Counted from the stretch's first letter, positions 1 through 8,929 are shown. The stretch is 64,000 bases of DNA from Mycobacteriales bacterium (GCA_035776655.1 DASTWK010000017.1:11940-75939); one strand, 5' to 3'. Notes: generated by a model not told the origin, from the letters alone. Translations and numbers: made by a program.

Positions 1-2
1 TG

Positions 3-299
3 TTTCTCACCGGTGAGACCTTCGACGCCCACCGAGCGGTTGCGATCGGCCTGCTCAACGCCGCGGTGCCGCCCGAGGCGCTGGATGACGAGGTGCGACG
101 CTACGTCGACACGCTCGGCCTGGCCGCACCGCGGGCACTGGCGGCGACCAAGTCGATGCTGCGGGCGCGGCGGCCGGAGTCGATGAGCGAGGACTTCGCG
201 CAGATGCTGGAGCTGTCGGCCCGGCACTTCGGGTCGGATGAGGCGCGCGAGGGAATGGCGGCGTTCCTGGAGAAGCGCAAGCCTCGCTGGGTGCCTTAG
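3..299 (+). CDS. Enoyl-CoA hydratase/crotonase family protein, C-terminal part (5' truncated by window edge)
   Basis: Frame is open from base 3: FLTGETFDAHRAVAIGLLNAAVP...EAREGMAAFLEKRKPRW, a typical crotonase C-terminus. Confidence 0.85.
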   Translation, partial: FLTGETFDAHRAVAIGLLNAAVPPEALDDEVRRYVDTLGLAAPRALAATKSMLRARRPESMSEDFAQMLELSARHFGSDEAREGMAAFLEKRKPRWVP

Positions 300-324
300 C
301 TCACGACCGACTCAGGCGGAGCGC

Positions 325-1095
325 TCATGCGGCCAGGGTCGCGTGCATCTCCCAGACGAGGACCTCCGCAGGTTCGGTGGCGGTCACTCGCTGGCCGCCC
401 GTGCCCGTGAAGCGGACGGCATCACCGGACTCGAGCCGCCCCGCTCCCTCCAGGTCGACGCTGCCGCGGGGGACGAACAGGTGCAGGAACGGCGCGTCCG
501 GAAGTTGCACGCTCTGTCCGGCGGTGAGCCGCGCAGCGTAGAGCGCGGCGTAACGGTTCTTGATGCGGATCGCGGCACCGCCGTCGTGCTTCGGCAGGCC
601 GGACGCCACCGGCACCAGGCCACCGCCCAACAGCTCGGCATCGATCTCGAGCTGCTCATAGCCGGGCTCGATGCCGCGCTCGTCCGGCACCACCCACATC
701 TGCACGAAATGCACGGGGTCGGTCGCCGCGGAGCCGAGATCGGCGCGGCCAGCGGCGTCGTTCTTCTCGGAGTGCAGGATGCCGGTGCCGGCGCTCATCC
801 GCTGCGCCAGCCCCGGATAGATGACGCCGTTGTTGCCCTGCGAGTCCTGGTGGACGAGCTGCCCACGCAGCACCCAGGTCACGATCTCCATGTCGCGGTG
901 TGGGTGGGTCTCGAAGCCGGTGCCCGGCTCGACGACGTCGTCGTTGTTGACGAGCAGGAGCCCGTGGTGGGTGTTGCGGCTGTCGTAGTGGTGCCCGAAC
1001 GAGAAGCTGTGCCGGGACTGCAGCCAGCCGACGTCGGTGCGGAAGCGCGACTGCGCGCGACGGATGTCCACGCTGGGGTTCGGCAGGTTGTCCAC
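325..1095 (-). CDS. Pirin family protein
   Basis: HSRHSFSFG, GFETHPHRDMEIVTWV and GILHSE pirin metal-binding motifs. Start moved to GTG 1095 (MDNLPNPSVDIRRA). Confidence 0.9.
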   Translation of the reverse strand: MDNLPNPSVDIRRAQSRFRTDVGWLQSRHSFSFGHHYDSRNTHHGLLLVNNDDVVEPGTGFETHPHRDMEIVTWVLRGQLVHQDSQGNNGVIYPGLAQRMSAGTGILHSEKNDAAGRADLGSAATDPVHFVQMWVVPDERGIEPGYEQLEIDAELLGGGLVPVASGLPKHDGGAAIRIKNRYAALYAARLTAGQSVQLPDAPFLHLFVPRGSVDLEGAGRLESGDAVRFTGTGGQRVTATEPAEVLVWEMHATLAA

Positions 1096-1165
1096 GTCTC
1101 GCCGAACGGCCGGCAGCGCGCAGGCATTCCCGCCGTACCGGAGGAGCGCTCCTGTGCGAGCGCGC

Positions 1166-2614
1166 TCAGCCTTCGGGGCTGTCGCTGCCGCCCGGTGGCG
1201 CCGATGGTGCGGCAACGCGCTCTTGGTGCGGCACGACGGCATAGTGGCTGTCCGCGACCATCGTCAGCACCGCGTCCGGCGGTGGGGCGAGCTCGGCGCG
1301 TTCGGCGGCCGCCTGCAACCGCGTGCAGATCTTGTGGGTGGCCAGGAAGGAGAGCGGGGGCGCGATGATGAGCAGCACCCGCATGGCCCAGGTGAAGTCC
1401 ATCATGTCGAGGCCGAACGTGAAGGGGATGACGTCGTTCGCGCCGGCCACCGACAGCACGACGTAGAACACCAGAACCGCAATGCCGACGCCGGTGCGGA
1501 ACGGGTGGTAGCGCGGCCGTTGCAACAGCTCGTGCGGCTCGTGATCCCGGGTGAGCAGTCGCTCCACGAACGGGTGCGCGTAAATCATGACGAACAGCAG
1601 CACCGGCAGCACGACGGCGGGGACGAACACGTTCCAGGGGATCGTGTGGCCGAGGAAGCGGCTCTCCAGGTGCGGCATCAGCCGGAGCGATCCCTCGAGC
1701 CAGAACATGTACCAGTCGGGTTGAGATCCGGCCGAGACGACCGCCGGGTCATAGGGCCCGTAGAGCCAGATCGGGTTGATCTGTGCGTACGCTGCGAGCA
1801 GGGCCAGCACCCCGAAGATCATGAAGAACAGGCCCTGCGACTTCATCGTGTAGTTGGGCCAGATGTGGCTGCCGACGACGTTGCGTTCCTGATAGCCCTC
1901 CTTCGGGAACTGCGTGTGCTTCTGGTGCCAGACCGCCATCAGGTGCGCCGTGATGAGCACGAGCATCAGCCCGGGGATCAGCAGGACGTGCAGGATGTAG
2001 AGCCGTGGGATGAAAGCCTCTGCGCCCGGATACTGGCCGTTGAAGATGAACGTCGCGAGGTAGGGCCCGACCCAAGGGATGGACTCGAGGATCGAGTAGG
2101 CGATGCGCACGCCGGTTCCGGACAGCAGGTCGTCCGGCAGCGAGTACCCGGCGAAGCCCTCGACGATGGCCAGGATCGCCAGGGTGACGCCGATGATCCA
2201 GTTCATCTCGCGCGGCTTGCGGAAGGCGCCGGTGAAGAAGATCCGGCACATGTGCAGCACGATCGCGGCGACGAACAGAAGCGCGGCCCAGTGGTGGATC
2301 TGGCGGATCAGCAGCCCGGCTCGGATGTCGAACGTGATGTGGATGACAGATTCGTAGGCCTCGCTCATCCGCACGTGCTGCAGCGGCAAGTACGAGCCGT
2401 GGTAGCGGATGTCGTGCTCGGACGCGTGGAAGAAGAATGTCAGGAACGTGCCCGTGACGATGAGAATGGCGAACGTGTACAGGGCGATCTCGCCCAGCAT
2501 GAACGACCAGTGATCCGGAAAGATCTTGTTGAGCTGGTTGCGCAGCAGGTGGCCGGTGCCCAGCCGATCGTCCATCGCCCGCATGGTCCGGCGGGTCTTG
2601 CTCGGCTTGCTCAC
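1166..2614 (-). CDS. qcrB: Cytochrome bc complex cytochrome b subunit (actinobacterial, menaquinol type)
   Basis: PDHWSFMLGEIALY, IRQIHHWAA..LHMCRIFFTGAFRKPREMNW, LHV...AHL heme ligands, Qo motif PDWY. Confidence 0.95.
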   Translation of the reverse strand: MSKPSKTRRTMRAMDDRLGTGHLLRNQLNKIFPDHWSFMLGEIALYTFAILIVTGTFLTFFFHASEHDIRYHGSYLPLQHVRMSEAYESVIHITFDIRAGLLIRQIHHWAALLFVAAIVLHMCRIFFTGAFRKPREMNWIIGVTLAILAIVEGFAGYSLPDDLLSGTGVRIAYSILESIPWVGPYLATFIFNGQYPGAEAFIPRLYILHVLLIPGLMLVLITAHLMAVWHQKHTQFPKEGYQERNVVGSHIWPNYTMKSQGLFFMIFGVLALLAAYAQINPIWLYGPYDPAVVSAGSQPDWYMFWLEGSLRLMPHLESRFLGHTIPWNVFVPAVVLPVLLFVMIYAHPFVERLLTRDHEPHELLQRPRYHPFRTGVGIAVLVFYVVLSVAGANDVIPFTFGLDMMDFTWAMRVLLIIAPPLSFLATHKICTRLQAAAERAELAPPPDAVLTMVADSHYAVVPHQERVAAPSAPPGGSDSPEG

Positions 2615-2620
2615 CGCGGG

Positions 2621-3712
2621 TCACTCATCCTTGTTGTCCCGCGCCCAGAAGCTCGGGCCGAGCGGCATGTCGAACGGCCGCTGAGCCCGGAAGTAGCCCT
2701 CCCGGTCGACGTAGATCGGCAGCTGGGGAAGGGCGCGCGCGGCCGGCCCGAAGATGACCGTGCACCCGCGCGGCACGTCGAACGTCGACTGGTGGCAGGG
2801 GCAGAGCAGGTAGCCGGTCTGTCGCTCGAACAGTCCGACCGGGCAGCCGGCGTGGGTGCAGATCTTCGAGTAGGCGACGTGGTCGTCGGCCGCCCAGTGC
2901 TCTCGGCCGGGTAAGGGCTGGTTCACGCCGGGGCCGAGGTGGATGAGGAGCACGACGCTCTCGGCGTTGACCGGAAAGGAGGAGTCCGGGTCGTCCTCCG
3001 GCATCACCGTCACCATGCCACCGATGTCGATGTCGCCGAGGCGCACCGGCACCCGCGTGTCGATGTCGACCAGACGGATGTCCTTGGTCCAGGAGTTCGC
3101 GCGCAGCCGCGCCACCGGCCGCGGGCCCAGGTCCCGCAACCCGACGACGAACGGCACCGGCAGCAGCCCGAGCGCGGCCAACATCGTGCGGCGGACGAAG
3201 CTGCGCTGCTGCAGGCCCATCTCGGTGACCCCGCCGATGAGCTGCTCCTCGGCGGCGAACTCGTCCTCCGGCGAGGAGTGGTGCGTCGGGCGGTGTTGCT
3301 CCGACTTGACGGCCGGGATCAGGTGCTTGCCGATCAGAATCATTCCGACGCCGAGCCCGAGCATGGTCAGCCCGAGTCCGCTGCCGAGCACGAGGTTGAG
3401 CAGGTTGCCGAGGTGAGCGTCGTGAATCGGCAGCAAGATGTAGCCGAAGGTGAACAACAGCGATCCGGCGACCGACGCGACGAACGCGACCGTCACCGCG
3501 AACGAGACCCGCTTCTCTGCCGCCGGGTCGCGGTTGGAGCGCGGCGGCTTCTCCTGCGTCACTGCCGGCGCCGGGTGGGTGTGCGCCTCCGGGTCGGTCG
3601 GCCGGTGGAGCACGGCGTCGTAGGACGTGGCCATCGTCTCCGAGGCCAGGGGATAGGCGGGCAGCGGCAACTCCGCGGGGACCCGTGGAGTCTCCTCGCC
3701 GCGTTCGGTCAT
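2621..3712 (-). CDS. qcrA: Rieske iron-sulfur subunit of cytochrome bc complex
   Basis: CTHAGCP and CPCHQSTFD Rieske boxes, three N-terminal TM segments, RRSFVRR motif. Start chosen at ATG 3712. Confidence 0.93.
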   Translation of the reverse strand: MTERGEETPRVPAELPLPAYPLASETMATSYDAVLHRPTDPEAHTHPAPAVTQEKPPRSNRDPAAEKRVSFAVTVAFVASVAGSLLFTFGYILLPIHDAHLGNLLNLVLGSGLGLTMLGLGVGMILIGKHLIPAVKSEQHRPTHHSSPEDEFAAEEQLIGGVTEMGLQQRSFVRRTMLAALGLLPVPFVVGLRDLGPRPVARLRANSWTKDIRLVDIDTRVPVRLGDIDIGGMVTVMPEDDPDSSFPVNAESVVLLIHLGPGVNQPLPGREHWAADDHVAYSKICTHAGCPVGLFERQTGYLLCPCHQSTFDVPRGCTVIFGPAARALPQLPIYVDREGYFRAQRPFDMPLGPSFWARDNKDE

Positions 3713-3722
3713 CGGGGCGCGG

Positions 3723-3747
3723 CTACCCAGGCAAACGAGCGGCAAAC
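3723..3747 (-). promoter_or_regulatory. SigF/SigB-type promoter motif for qcrAB (GTTT-N15-GGGTAG)
   Basis: Minus strand reads GTTT gccgctcgtttgcct GGGTAG, ending 10 nt before the qcrA ATG. Confidence 0.6.
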
Positions 3748-3765
3748 GCGGCGGTCGCAGGCGCG

Positions 3766-3790
3766 GGTTAGCGCCGTGATCGACGGGTAG
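3766..3790 (+). promoter_or_regulatory. SigF/SigB-type promoter motif for ctaCD (GGTTA-N14-GGGTAG)
   Basis: GGTTA gcgccgtgatcgac GGGTAG upstream of the ctaC RBS (gagggagggg). Confidence 0.5.
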
Positions 3791-3847
3791 TCGCGACTCA
3801 GCGCCCGTGTGGCGCGCCGCTGCCGGCCGAGAGGGAGGGGACCGCGG

Positions 3848-4507
3848 GTGCCCTACACGAGCGTCTTCGACCAGATCTCGACATTCGAGTGGTCACTCGC
3901 CGGCGCCGTGTTCGCCCTCGTCCTCGCCGTCCTCGCGTTCGCCGTCTTCCGCTACCGCGCCGCTGCCCGAGACCATGCCTCCCAGGAAACCGAGCACCCG
4001 AAGGTCGAGCTGGTCTACGCCGTGCTGCTCCTGCTGGTTGCCATCGGCATCGTGAGCTACACGAGCCAGGTCGGCCAGCGCGACAGCGCCGTGGCCAGCA
4101 GCCCGGCCGTCCACCTGCAGGTGACCGGCTTCCAGTGGTGCTGGCGGTTCAGCTACGTCGGTGAACCGGTCACGGTGACCGCGACCTGCCAGAACGGCCA
4201 CTATCCGACGGTGGTGCTGCCGGCGCGGGAGCCCATTCACGTCACCACGACCTCCGGGGACGTCATCCACTCCTTCTGGATTCCCGAGTTCCGCTACAAG
4301 ATGGACTCCTTTCCCCACCACACCAACTCCTTCGACCTGACGATCCCGCGTGAAGGGCAGTGGCTCGGCCACTGCGCGGAGTTCTGCGGACTCGACCACG
4401 CGACGATGCTCTTCCACGTGAAGGCGGTCTCACCCACCGCGTTTCGTGCCTGGCTGCACACCCGAGCCACGACCGCTGCCGCCGCCACCGGCGGCCCGCG
4501 CTCGTGA
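3848..4507 (+). CDS. ctaC: Cytochrome c oxidase subunit II (CuA, no fused cytochrome c)
   Basis: Two TM helices, GFQWCWRF, DVIHSFW and CAEFCGLDHATM CuA ligands. GTG 3848 follows a purine-rich RBS. Confidence 0.93.
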   Translation: MPYTSVFDQISTFEWSLAGAVFALVLAVLAFAVFRYRAAARDHASQETEHPKVELVYAVLLLLVAIGIVSYTSQVGQRDSAVASSPAVHLQVTGFQWCWRFSYVGEPVTVTATCQNGHYPTVVLPAREPIHVTTTSGDVIHSFWIPEFRYKMDSFPHHTNSFDLTIPREGQWLGHCAEFCGLDHATMLFHVKAVSPTAFRAWLHTRATTAAAATGGPRS

Positions 4508-6141
4508 CGACGGCCGAGGTCGCCCGGCCGGACGAGGTCCTGCCGTCGGTGCCGCATGTCGGGGGCTGGCTGCTCACGACTGACCACAAACGCATCGCGG
4601 CGATGACGCTGGCCGTGGCGACGTTCCTGTTCTTCGGCATGGGCGTCCTGGCGCTCATCATGCGTTCCCAGCTGGCCCAACCCGGGCTGTCGATCGTGAG
4701 CCACGACGTCTACAACCAGATCTTCACGATCCACGGCTCCGGCATGATCTATCTGGTCATCACGCCGTTCGCCATCGCACTCGGCGTCTACCTCGTGCCG
4801 CTGCAGATCGGCGCACCGGCCATCGCCGCCCCGAAGACCACCATGCTCGGGTTCTGGCTCTACGTCATCGGTGCGGTGTCGCTGCTCTCCGGGTTCGCCT
4901 TGACCGGCGGCGCCGGCAGTGACGGGTGGACGGCGTACCCACCCTTGTCGGACAGCCAGTTCACCCAGGGCAAGGGCATGGACCTGTGGATGTTCGGCGT
5001 CTTCGTCGCCGTCCTCGGCATGATCCTCATGAGCGCCACCCTGTTGTGGACCGTGCTCATGAAGCGGATGCCGACGATGACGATGTTGCGGCTGCCGGTC
5101 TTCACGTGGTCGATGGTGGTGTCGGTGCTGATGGTGCTCGGCGCGTTCCCGTCACTGCTCGCGGCGCTGGGGCTGCTCGCCGTCGGACGGATGGACCCGA
5201 GCGTGTTCGACCACAACATCTGGAACATCGGGTTCCAGCACCTGTTCTGGTTCTACGGCCACCCGGTCGTCTATGTGATGTTCTTCCCGTTCGTCGGCGC
5301 TGTCGCCGAGGTGTTGTCGACGTTCGCGGGGCGACCGTTCTCGGGCTACAAGCCCACGGTGTTCTCCCTGCTGGCCTTCGCCGCGCTGTCGATGAGCGTG
5401 TGGGGCCACCACATGTTCACGACCGGACAGGCGACGAACGGTTACTACCAGCTGACGTCCACGTTGTTGCTGGTGCCGGCCGGCATCGAGTACTTCGGCA
5501 TGCTGTCGACGCTCATCGGCGGCAAGCTGCGGTTTCCGGTGCCGATGCTGTTCGCGCTCGCGTTCATTCCGCAGTTCCTGGTCGGCGGACTGACCGGCAT
5601 CATGGTCGCCACGCCCGGCCTGGACTACCACGCGCAGGACAGCTACTTCGTCGTCGGACACTTCCACTACACGCTGCTTGCCGGCAGCGTGTTCGGCCTG
5701 TTTGCCGGCTTCTACTTCTGGTTTCCCAAGGTCACCGGGGTGATGCTGCGCGAGGGCCTCGGCAAGCTGCACTTCTGGCTGATGGTGGTCGGCACCAATG
5801 TGACGTTCCTGCCGTTCTTCGCGCTCGGCATGCTCGGCATGCCGCGCCGGGTGGCGACCTATCCCGACCTGCCGTGGTGGGGAACGCTCAACCTCATCTC
5901 CACGATCGGCGCCGGCATCCTCGGCCTGGCGATGATTGCCTTCGCGATGAACATCGCCCTGTCGTTGACGTTCCGTCAGATTGCGCCCGCCGATCCGTGG
6001 GGCGGCCACACCCTCGAATGGGTGACGTCGTCACCGCCGCCACCGATGAACTTCAACGCGGACTGGCCGCTGCCGCGGGTGACGAGCTTCACGCCGCTGC
6101 TCGACCTGCGCAAGCGGGCGGCGGCGCGGGCCGCGTCATGA
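4504..6141 (+). CDS. ctaD: Heme-copper oxidase subunit I (A-family fold, atypical proton-channel residues)
   Basis: TDHKRI, IHGSGM, GHPVVY, WGHHMF, VGHFHY, GMPRR. GTGA overlap with the ctaC stop. Confidence 0.95.
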   Translation: MTTAEVARPDEVLPSVPHVGGWLLTTDHKRIAAMTLAVATFLFFGMGVLALIMRSQLAQPGLSIVSHDVYNQIFTIHGSGMIYLVITPFAIALGVYLVPLQIGAPAIAAPKTTMLGFWLYVIGAVSLLSGFALTGGAGSDGWTAYPPLSDSQFTQGKGMDLWMFGVFVAVLGMILMSATLLWTVLMKRMPTMTMLRLPVFTWSMVVSVLMVLGAFPSLLAALGLLAVGRMDPSVFDHNIWNIGFQHLFWFYGHPVVYVMFFPFVGAVAEVLSTFAGRPFSGYKPTVFSLLAFAALSMSVWGHHMFTTGQATNGYYQLTSTLLLVPAGIEYFGMLSTLIGGKLRFPVPMLFALAFIPQFLVGGLTGIMVATPGLDYHAQDSYFVVGHFHYTLLAGSVFGLFAGFYFWFPKVTGVMLREGLGKLHFWLMVVGTNVTFLPFFALGMLGMPRRVATYPDLPWWGTLNLISTIGAGILGLAMIAFAMNIALSLTFRQIAPADPWGGHTLEWVTSSPPPPMNFNADWPLPRVTSFTPLLDLRKRAAARAAS

Positions 6142-6620
6142 GCACCCCGACGGTCATCGCCGGCTGGGGCGCCGTCAACGGGGTGCTGGTCGCCATCCTG
6201 CTCGCGTACGGCGGGGGCGTCTTCGAGCTCTCGCTCTATGCATCGGTGGTGCTGCTGCTCGAGCTGGTGGCCGTGGCGGCCTTCGTCAGCAACCAGCGGC
6301 TGGGGGACACCCCTCCCGTCTCACCGGCGCCGAGCCGCAGTCGGCAGTCCCTGCTGGCGGCGCTGGTCGTCGCTTTCGTCGGGCTGGGGCTGGTCTACCG
6401 GGTGTACATGATGATCCCGGCGGCCTATCCGGGCCTGGCGCTCCTCGGCGAGTGGGGCAAGGCGCTGTGGGAGCGCATCTCACCGGATGAGGCCGACGAC
6501 GTGCCGGAGCCCGAGCCGGCGGAAGGCGGCGGCGGTGCCGCTGGTGCGATCGCAGTGGCCGGCGCGGTGGCTGCCGGCGTCGCCACCGCCCGGTCGCGGT
6601 GGCGGCGGCGGACGGAGTGA
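6138..6620 (+). CDS. Small multi-TM membrane protein, possible oxidase subunit IV (CtaF-like)
   Basis: ATGA overlap with ctaD; about four hydrophobic segments with an acidic/Pro linker. The CtaF call rests on position and topology only. Confidence 0.55.
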   Translation: MSTPTVIAGWGAVNGVLVAILLAYGGGVFELSLYASVVLLLELVAVAAFVSNQRLGDTPPVSPAPSRSRQSLLAALVVAFVGLGLVYRVYMMIPAAYPGLALLGEWGKALWERISPDEADDVPEPEPAEGGGGAAGAIAVAGAVAAGVATARSRWRRRTE

Positions 6621-7195
6621 TGGCGATGGGCGTTGCGCACATGGCGGAGATGGGACTCGAGACGTCGGTGCTGGCTCCGGTCATCGTCCTGTTGGCGCGG
6701 CGCGTCCGGCTGCCCCTCGATCGGCTGGCCGTGCCGGCCGCTGCCGCACTCCCGCTGTTCCTCGGCGTCCACTCCGCGGTGACGATGACGATGCCGTTCC
6801 GCGAACCCCCGTTCTGGCAGCACCTCGGGCTGCACGCGCTGCTCCTTGCCGCCGGGGTCATTTTCTGGCTGCCGGTGCTCGGCGGTCGGCGCCGGCTCAG
6901 CGAACCGGGTCGCATGGTCTACCTCTACCTGGCGATGCCGACGATGGACCTGTCCGGCGTCTACGTCGTGCTGCGCGGCGACGCAGCGGGCGGTCTGGCG
7001 ATGATCGTGGCGATGCTGCCGGTCGGCCTCACCGCAGTGGCAATCACGTGGCGGTGGATCGTGGCGGAGGAACGCGCCGCGCGCGCGACCGCCTCACTGG
7101 CGGAGTGGGATGCCGACGAGCGCCGCCAGGGCGGTCACGCCGATGAACACCCAGGTGATGTAGTCACCGACGTGGCCGGAGTGCAACCGGCGTAG
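6620..7195 (+). CDS. Cytochrome c oxidase assembly protein (caa3 CtaG-like)
   Basis: AHMAEM..APVIVL and QHLGLHALLLAAGVIFWLPVL His-bearing TM motifs; overlaps the upstream stop. Confidence 0.7.
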   Translation: MAMGVAHMAEMGLETSVLAPVIVLLARRVRLPLDRLAVPAAAALPLFLGVHSAVTMTMPFREPPFWQHLGLHALLLAAGVIFWLPVLGGRRRLSEPGRMVYLYLAMPTMDLSGVYVVLRGDAAGGLAMIVAMLPVGLTAVAITWRWIVAEERAARATASLAEWDADERRQGGHADEHPGDVVTDVAGVQPA

Positions 7196-8929
7196 CCCGG
7201 ATCCCACCATCGCGAACGGGTCGAGAACGCGTTCGGCGGCGCGCCGGATCTTCTCGGCGTACAGCCCGAGCGCCGCGACGAGCAGCGCCAGCACCGTCGA
7301 GGTGAGCCCCAGCGCGACACCCAGGGTTGTCCAGTCGATGCCGGTCGGAAGGGCAACGGAATGGGCCGCTCGACCGAACAGCGCCTGCTGCGCATATCCG
7401 GCGTGGTCGACGAACCGGGTGGCGCCGCGGCCGAGGGCGTGGGTGATCGGCGAATAGATGCCGCAGACGAGGCAGCCGGCGACCAACGTGACGATCGCGA
7501 GCATCATCGTCGCGGGCATGCGTGGCAGGCTCTGGGTCTCCCGCTCCTCCTGGTCACCTGACGTCTGTTGCTGATCTTCGGCCGGCACCGGCCCCAACCC
7601 GAGGAAGATGCGGGCTCCCGCGCGCAGCACCGCGCCACCGGTGAGCGCGGAGACCGCGACGAACAGCACGGGGCCGATCCAATAACCACGCGCCAGCAGC
7701 GCGTCCTCGCCGATCGCCTTGCCCAGGCTCGTCGCGAACGGCGGCAGCCCGGACAAGGCGAGCCCCGCAACGGCGAACAGCACGGCAGTCGCCTTCGCAT
7801 CCCGCCCCTTGCCGTGCAACGTGGCCTCGTCGACGCTGCCATAGCGGGCGAGGATGACGCCGGCGAGCAAGAACAGCGCCGACTTGGCTCCGGCGTGTCC
7901 CAGCACGTAAACCGCCGCACCAGCGGTGCCGGAGTCGTCGAGGGTGGCGGCGGCACAGATGAACAAGCCGACGTGAGCGATCGTCGAGTAGGCGAGTAGC
8001 CGCTTGAGGTGGCGTTGCATCAGGCACATCACAGCCCCGACGACGGCGGTGAGGATGCCGAGGACGAGCAAGGCCCGGCGGATGTCGTCAGGCGGAAGGA
8101 TCCCGGAGAAGGTCGTCCAGTAGACGCGGAAGACACCGTAGACGCCGAGCTCGACCATGATGCCCGAGAACATGACGCACACCGGTGTCGGGGCGACTGC
8201 GTGCGCATCGGCGAGCCAGAAATGGAACGGAACCATCGCGGCCTTGACCAACCAGCCGGTGACGACGAGCACGAACGCGATGACGACCAGTGCATCGAGG
8301 GGGGACCGGTCGAGCACCTGACCGATCTGAGCGAGACCCAACTGCCCCGTGTGTGCGTAGATCAGTCCGATCCCCATGAGCGTCAGGTAGGCGCCGAAAG
8401 AGTTGACGATGCCGAAGTTGAGGGCACCCTGCACCGATGTCGGGTCCTCCACCTTGAAGCCAGTGAGGGCATAGGCCACCGCTCCCATCAGCTCGAAGAA
8501 CACGAACATGTCGAACAGGTCGCCGGTCAGCGCGAACCCGGTCATGCCGGCGAGGAACAGCAGCATCAGCGCATGGAAATGCGCCTCGACGGAGTCGAAG
8601 TAGCGCCAGGAGAAGACGAGCGCGCACAGCATCAAGGCGCCGGCGAGCAGCGCCGCTCCGCTCCCGACGCGGTCGGCCACCAGCACGATGCCGACGCTGT
8701 GCCCGTGTTTCGGGGTCCAGTTGCTTGCCCACGTCACCACCCGCCCGCCGGCGGTGTGGGCGAACAGCGCTGCGTCGAGTCCGACCGTGGCCGCGGCGGT
8801 GCCAGTGGCGAGAACGTCGATGAGCGTCCGCGGCAGCCACCGGCCCACCGACAAGAGGACGGCCGCCGCGATGATCGGGATGACAATGGCAAGCGGTGCG
8901 AGCTGTGCAGCTCCCGAGTGGAAGTTCAT
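7094..8929 (-). CDS. mrpD: Mrp/complex I antiporter-like subunit (MrpD type, with NuoL/MrpA-like C-terminal extension)
   Basis: DLFDMFVFFELM, VKAAMVPFHFWLADAH, LKRLLAYSTIAHVG, GLPPF..GK; ends RRLHSGHVGDY. Confidence 0.85.
   Translation of the reverse strand: MNFHSGAAQLAPLAIVIPIIAAAVLLSVGRWLPRTLIDVLATGTAAATVGLDAALFAHTAGGRVVTWASNWTPKHGHSVGIVLVADRVGSGAALLAGALMLCALVFSWRYFDSVEAHFHALMLLFLAGMTGFALTGDLFDMFVFFELMGAVAYALTGFKVEDPTSVQGALNFGIVNSFGAYLTLMGIGLIYAHTGQLGLAQIGQVLDRSPLDALVVIAFVLVVTGWLVKAAMVPFHFWLADAHAVAPTPVCVMFSGIMVELGVYGVFRVYWTTFSGILPPDDIRRALLVLGILTAVVGAVMCLMQRHLKRLLAYSTIAHVGLFICAAATLDDSGTAGAAVYVLGHAGAKSALFLLAGVILARYGSVDEATLHGKGRDAKATAVLFAVAGLALSGLPPFATSLGKAIGEDALLARGYWIGPVLFVAVSALTGGAVLRAGARIFLGLGPVPAEDQQQTSGDQEERETQSLPRMPATMMLAIVTLVAGCLVCGIYSPITHALGRGATRFVDHAGYAQQALFGRAAHSVALPTGIDWTTLGVALGLTSTVLALLVAALGLYAEKIRRAAERVLDPFAMVGSGLRRLHSGHVGDYITWVFIGVTALAALVGIPLRQ

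Noticed and set aside
4504-6141. Calling the oxidase a nitric oxide reductase or cbb3 type
   Set aside because: The cross-link Tyr in HPVVY and a CuA subunit II are retained; no ccoO/ccoP genes or qNOR/cNOR-type motifs were seen.
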